In this document: piece by piece, positions 57,290-64,000 of the stretch
Numbering within the stretch: the stretch's first letter is position 1
Layout of the letters: every line of letters begins with the position of its first letter
Assembly: GCA_951406725.2 (NCBI GenBank)
Contig: OX597818.1
Location: forward strand, 17,174,001-17,238,000
Reading direction: 5' to 3'
Source: Octopus vulgaris
Taxonomy: Eukaryota
Length of the DNA: 64,000 bases
The notes under the pieces: model-generated
The model's database searches: none
Seen by the model: only the letters and a program-made list of their open reading frames with translations
What the model was told of the DNA's origin: nothing
Program-made: the position numbers and the translations under genes

Positions 57290-58120
57290 ATCCTGTTGAA
57301 TCCCTCAACAGTCTGCAACCGTCTGCTATGCCACCACACAACCTTGAATTGAAGAAGAGCACAGTCATGTTTCGCAGAAACCTGGATCGGACAAGATTGT
57401 GCAATGGTAGACGTATGGTTGCGACTGAAATAGTCTCACATTATCGAACCAAAATCCCTCACTACATGTGGTAAGGGAGACATTGTATCTCTCTATATAT
57501 AAACGGCAAAATGTCTGTGTGTGTATCCTTTATACAAATCCACAATTTTTCAGTTAGAGGGCTCGCACTTTCTATGGTCATTCAAAACCGTCCAAGGGTG
57601 GTCGTGCACATCTTTACATTTCCCCAGACACCCCGCAAAGCCATTAAAAAAATCAAAAGAAGTGACTTTTTTGTGAATTTTCTATCCAAAACCCAATCAA
57701 AATGTCCGAAACTTGATACGCCAATTGAATGCCAGCTAGCTGTACGTGATTGGTCGGAGATTTAGACAGTACTCGCGTGTATGTGCGCACGCACGCAGCT
57801 GTATATGTATGCACTAGCACTATGACTCGGCGTTGCAGGGTCATAGTGCTAGTTTATATCTAAAATACTACTAATACCAACAGATGTCCCCTTTTGTTTC
57901 AAACGATTGCAATTCTCAGTGAGTGTCAGTTACGCATTGACCATTAACATGTCCTAAGGTCAAACACTGCAGGTTGTCGGTCTCCATCTAGAAGAGGGTT
58001 GTTTCTCATATGGTCAATTGTGTCTAGGTTGTACTAGTGTAGGAAGCCCACAGAAACTCTTCATATATGCTCCAACGAAAAAACTTAAAACCATTGTATA
58101 AACTGAAGTTCTGTAAATGT
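57290..58120 (+). mobile_element. Helitron helicase relic, interrupted by a nested insertion
   Basis: LNSLQPSAMPPHNLELK...RLCNG...CGKGDIV | FISKILLIPTDVPFCFKRLQF...GQTLQVVGLHLEEGCFSYGQL. Confidence 0.85.
57488..57852 (+). mobile_element. Non-autonomous Helitron inserted between A and T with no TSD
   Basis: 5' TC, 3' hairpin CTAGCACTATGAC...GTCATAGTGCTAG ending CTAG. Removing it restores the host frame DIV|FIS. Confidence 0.85.
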
Positions 58121-58316
58121 TTTATAATTTTCGTACAGTACATTTCTCTATTATTATCTATGTTACTTTCTGCATTTAGATGTTCTAAATAAATTTGTAA
58201 AATTATGTTATGCAATATTTAGATTCCTTTCAACAATTTTTATTGTAAGAAAAATGGGCATTACGACAAAAGCTAATATGTGCTTTATGAATAGATCTCA
58301 ATACCGCACACACAGA

Positions 58317-58396
<80 letters not shown>

Positions 58397-58399
58397 TCT

Positions 58400-58658
58400 T
58401 TCACTCTTTTACTTGTTTCAGTCGTTTGACTGTGGCCAAGCTGGAGCACCGACTTTAGTCGAGCAAATCAACTCCAGGACTTATTCTTTGCAAGCCTAGT
58501 ACTTATTCTATCGGTTTCTGTTGCCGAACCGCTAATTTACGGGAACGTAAACACACCAGCAACGGTTGTCAAGCGATGTTGGGTGAGTGGGTGGACAAGG
58601 ACAGACACATAAATATATACACATAAACATACATACATACACATATATATATATATAT

Positions 58659-58705
<47 letters not shown>

Positions 58706-58880
58706 TATATACGGCGGGCTTCTTTCAGTTTCCGTCTACCAAATCCACTCGCAAGGCTTTGGTCGGCCCGAGGCTATAGTAAAAGACACTTGCCCAAGGT
58801 GCCACGCAGTGGGACTGAATCCGGAACCATGTGATTCGTAAGCAAGCTACTTACCACACAGCCACACCTACGACTATATG

Positions 58881-58913
<33 letters not shown>

Positions 58914-59281
58914 CTCCTTACTCTTACTCTTTTACTTGTTTCAGTCATTTGACTACGGCCATGCTGGAGCACCGCCTTTAGTCGAGCAAGTCGACCCCGG
59001 GACTTATTCTTTGTAAGCCCAGTACTTCTCTTTTGCCGAACCGCTAAGTGACGGGGACGTAAACACACCAGCATCGGTTGTCAAGCAATGCTTGGGGGAC
59101 AAACACACACACACACACACATATATATATACATATACACGACAGGCTTCATTCAGTTTCTGTCTACCAAATCCACTCACAAGGCATTGGTCGGCCCGGG
59201 GCTATAGCAGAAGACACTTGCCCAAGATGCCACGCAGTGGGACTGAACTCGGAACCATGTGGTTGGTTAGCAACTCCTACG

Positions 59282-59285
<4 letters not shown>
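58400..59285 (-). mobile_element. Two tandem SINE family A copies
   Basis: Both show TTTTACTTGTTTCAGTC...CCGAACCGCTAA...GGGACTGAA blocks. Confidence 0.8.
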
Positions 59286-59321
<36 letters not shown>

Positions 59322-59406
59322 CGAATAACCAATACGCCGCACTCACTGGGCAGTCTATGATGGCTGACGCGTCCAAACATTGTCTGCACTATTCAAGTCT
59401 TTACAG

Positions 59407-59743
59407 CAGAGGTTCTCAACCATTTTTTATCTACGGACCCTCTTTGATTGCTGTTTTGTTCTGGTGGTGCCCTGTACCTATTAGATGTTTAAAAATTAGT
59501 TTTATAGAATGTTATTTATTAATATTTTCACCCATTTACTTGTGTAGGTTGAACTATGTAAAATGTTAGAGAAATAAATCTAGCTGTTTCTTGCAATACA
59601 TACCGATAGCTATGTCTAAAGCAGAATTTTTCAGGGGCCGTTAAATTACTATTGTGGGTCCCCAATTTCCTATTTTGTTGTGTGGATTCCAAAAACTGAT
59701 GTGGACCCACATGGGCCATATGGATACCGGTTGAGAACCACTG
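59407..59743. mobile_element. hAT-like MITE
   Basis: TIRs CAGAGGTTCTCAACC and GGTTGAGAACCACTG. Confidence 0.7.
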
Positions 59744-59960
59744 CTCTGCAGTGTTTCAGAGTACGATACAAACTCTCTCATCATAAACTATACTACGTTA
59801 ATTTTAATCCAATGAAGTGGTCAAGAAGCTCTCTCTGCATCCATGTAGCTTCGTGTTCAGTCCCACTGTGCCCCACTTTGGACAAAAATCTTTAACTATG
59901 ACCGCGGTTCGACTAATGTCTTGTGAATGAATTTGGTTGACAAAGCCTGCGTGGAAACCC

Positions 59961-60287
<327 letters not shown>

Positions 60288-60356
60288 CATATTACTCTAC
60301 CACTGGTATTTGAGTACTCTTTTTTCCACCTTGTTTCACATTTATGTGTTTACTCC

Positions 60357-60424
<68 letters not shown>

Positions 60425-60899
60425 GAAAAGGAATAGAAAAAGTATTTTACGTTTCGAGCTTACGCTCTTCTACAGAAAGGTACACAGAAAAAACAAGGAG
60501 AGAAAAAAATATATATATATATTTATGCATACATGCATGAATGTATGTCGTTATTCAGTTTTATTTGAAGCTTTCTTGCCAATAGAGAAAGAGACGGTTT
60601 CTAACCTAGATTCAAGTTTCCTTCATTGGAATTTCAACAACATCAACGTAGTGATGGGCATTACGACAAAAGCCAATGTGTGACTTATGAATAGATCTCA
60701 ATAGCGCACACGCTACTATATATATATACTAGCATTATGACCCGTCGTTACCGAGTCATAGTGCTAGTGCATGTATATATGTGTATATATATGTGTACAT
60801 ATTACATATATATCTATATATATACATCTACACATAAAATACAAAATACAAAGTTATATCTTGATATCGCTAGTGATAACAATACTCAAAATATATAAC

Positions 60900-61380
60900 A
60901 GACTGGAATTGTAAGCCCGTCTCTTGCAATTTCGATCAATTGTATCTTGTCCTCCCTCTTGTATAGAAGTGTGGCTACAATCCAGCCTACCTCTACTTCT
61001 GGTGGGGGGAGAGGACATTTTTAATTTTTTATCCCGGACGTCCTACGTCCCAGATATAAAGGTAAAAATAAAATATTTCCACTTTGCAAGCTCGAGTCGA
61101 GTACTCCCTTGCTCGCTCCGTTGACTCGAACCTTGCTTCTATTGTGGCGAATTTACCGCCTCTGGTTAGATATCTTTCATAGTCGCACCAAGGCACTTTT
61201 CAAAGGTGCTTTCCTCCAGGTGTTCAAATCTTTTTTCTCTACATTGTATACTTTATAGACAATAGTCTTTTCTTTAATTTAATTTTTATTATCCATCTGG
61301 ACTATTCCATTTCTGCACACTAATTTTATTTTTAATTTATTCCCATTCATGTGAAACCACTTATTCAAGTTCAAGTCATT
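60900..61380 (-). mobile_element. Possible LINE ORF1-like relic
   Basis: Frameshifted minus-strand peptides KEKTIVYKVYN, ATIEARFESTERAREYSTRA and LFLPLYLGRRTSG look like decayed coding sequence. Family assignment is tentative. Confidence 0.3.
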
Positions 61381-62589
61381 GATGCAATTTTATACCAATG
61401 GCTATTTTTACTATTGTTATGTTACGATTATATTATACTTTAGTTTGATTTTAATTATTACTTACTACAATTGTTATTATTATCTCTAAATTTTATTGTT
61501 AAAGTGAAATATCTGACATAAAATAGAGAAATGTTTTTCATCTAATACTGAAATAGTGGAGAAGATATAATATTGCTATGGGCTTGCCCTAGGCAAGAAG
61601 CTGAACATTTTTTTTAGCCCATGAAACTACATGGACCCTAAGTAAAGCATGCGTAAAAATTTGAATGAAATTGGTTGTGTAGTTCTCAAGTTTTATGGAA
61701 TCGTAGTGGAGAAGATATGATATTGCTGTGGGCTCGCCCTAGGCAAAAAGTAAAAATGTTTTGCCGATGACACCTCCCGGACCCTAAGTAAGGCATGTGT
61801 AAAATTTGAATGAAATTGGTTGTGTAGTTCTCAAGTTTTAGGGAAACACACAGACAGACACACATTCTCAGTTTTATATATAGAGAGAGATATATGAGCG
61901 AATAACCAATACGCCGCACACACTGGACAGTCTAAGATAAGCCGATGCATCCAGACATTGTCTGCACTAATCAGGTCTTTACAGCAGAGGTCCTCTGCCA
62001 ATTTTTATCTACGGACTCCCTTTGATTGCTATTTTATTGTGGTGGAGCCCTGTAGCCATTTGATGTTTAAAAATATAACTAGTCAACAGTGTCTTGCAAG
62101 CATTACGTGACTGAAATTGCATAGTCACGTTTATTGAGAGACAGTAATACAAGACAGTGTATGTAGGTTAAGGGAAAAATTGGTTTGTCATAGGTTAAAG
62201 TCAAGCGTCACAGGCAGAAACAAAGAAGAAAAACACTGTGGCATAAAGGAATAAATAAATTCAAATATTGAAACCATTTTCAACTGAACAACAATACACT
62301 GAGTCTCACACACCCACGCACACACACACACTCACACACTCACACACACACACACACATGCACATACATACACACACACACGCATACGCATATAGATATA
62401 CACATGTATGTGTGTATGTGTGTGTGTGTCTGTGTATACAGACATAGACACTCACCCATATATACACAAATATATTCGTGGAAAGTCATGCATATACAGG
62501 AATGTGTAATCTAAACATACATATATTTTAAATATACCTACATACATATTTGTATGTGTGTGTGCGCACGTGCGCGTGTATGAGTATAT

Positions 62590-62649
<60 letters not shown>

Positions 62650-63074
62650 GCTTGTCCATGTGTGTGTGTGTATATGTATACACTCAGAGGGTTTCCGTAA
62701 GTTACCTTTAGAGTTTGGCGCAATTATTGCTGAAGCTGTAAACTAATTCATGAATAGACTGCCTATAATATAAATATAATATATATATATATATGTATAC
62801 ACATACCCCCTCACATATATATGTATTTATATATATATACACATATATGTATGTATATATATATATATATATATATATACGCACATAGTGTGTATATGCA
62901 TATATATATATATATATATATATAGAACACATGGATAGGTTTTTAGTACAATCGTTAACGATTGTACTATATATATATATCACCCCACATTACTGTATTG
63001 TTAAAACAGTATAGGTTTTTTGTGCATCTGTATATTCAAGTAAATTCATTTAAATTAACTTGAATCTTTATTAC

Positions 63075-63121
<47 letters not shown>

Positions 63122-64000
63122 ATATATATGTATGTATGTTTGTATGTATGTGATATGCATACATGCGTGTGTGTGGGAGAGAGTGTATGTGTGTGTCTGT
63201 GTCAGTGCGCGTGCCTGGTGTCGATGTATTCGTGTAAAGTAATGTTTAAGAGTTTCAAGCGCTTTCGGACGTATCACGACCTATCGCTGTTGAAATATTC
63301 CGGAGGCAAAATTCTCGACTTACGCCTGTGTGAAAGCACATACTACTTCTGGGATTATGAGTGACGTTACTGTACCGTAGGATGTATGCGTTCAGTTTCA
63401 TCTACTACTGAAACCAACTTAGTCGCTCACATCAGGGAAGAATAGAATTTATTTGCATAAGCACTGCCAACAGAATATGGAACCAATGCGTAACCTAATG
63501 GGTGCTGAGACACGTAAATAACACTAGTCGTCCTACTGAAAATCTCTAGTTTTCTCGGCCCCTCGTGCGACTTATCCAAGACGTCAGGTACAAAACATTG
63601 ACGCTTGTCGTCTAGTATATATGGCCCTTAATTTAATACAAATCTGGTGTATGTCAGAACGCAAACTTTCTGGAATCGCAAACACACGGTGGACCTTTCG
63701 TTGCGGTATCACACATATGTGTATATGTGGCCTAGTGTGTAGATGTTCGGCTCACGATCACAGAGCCATGTGTTTATTCCCTGATCCGGGTATCATGTTG
63801 TACCCTTGAGCAAGGTACTTCAACTCACATTATTTCTGTTTGTTGAAAACGAGTACCATCCCAATCCCGGAGCATCTCTGCCTGTCTGTGTGTTTTTCTC
63901 TCTGCGACAATGAAACACTACTATTTTTATTGTTCTCTCGCTCGGGATCGTATGAAAGGTGTAGCGTTGTAGTACAGACGGGAGTTTCGTGTTTCTACAG

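Noticed and set aside
60440-60482. Hammerhead-like motif on the minus strand (CTGTAGA-A-GAGCGTAAGCTC-GAAACGTA)
   Set aside because: Invariant A6 is mutated and stem I is weak. Probably a decayed relative, so not counted as a ribozyme.
63990-64000. TTTCTACAG as an acceptor for a further crystallin exon
   Set aside because: The gene already ends with a stop at 38359, and nothing downstream is visible to test it.

Overview
AT-rich, microsatellite-saturated eukaryotic DNA. The gene and repeat landscape point to a coleoid cephalopod, probably Octopus; this is inferred, not verified. I can support one intact protein-coding gene: a 5-exon, 205-aa short-loop S-crystallin / sigma-class GST-family gene on the + strand (15424-15556, 19328-19423, 25688-25803, 32353-32460, 38195-38359), assembled by hand with GT-AG junctions and consistent phases. 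The rest is decayed transposons (Penelope-like, RTE, RLE-type non-LTR, mariner/Tc1, Helitron, MITEs), several tRNA-type SINE families and simple repeats. Almost all ORFs in the supplied track are microsatellite artefacts. The most unusual signal is a set of short non-coding elements, mostly beside (TA)n tracts and often folded back as palindromes, that carry minimal type I hammerhead ribozyme motifs. Across copies the core 3-8 pair appears as C-G, G-C, A-U and U-A. One copy ends a ~1.9-kb palindrome in crystallin intron 3. One fold-back spacer is an exact copy of DNA 1.2 kb away. One relic is fused to a tRNA-SINE head. A separate non-hammerhead structured motif sits at the fold centre of other palindromes. 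All structures were read by eye, and no ribozyme activity has been tested.
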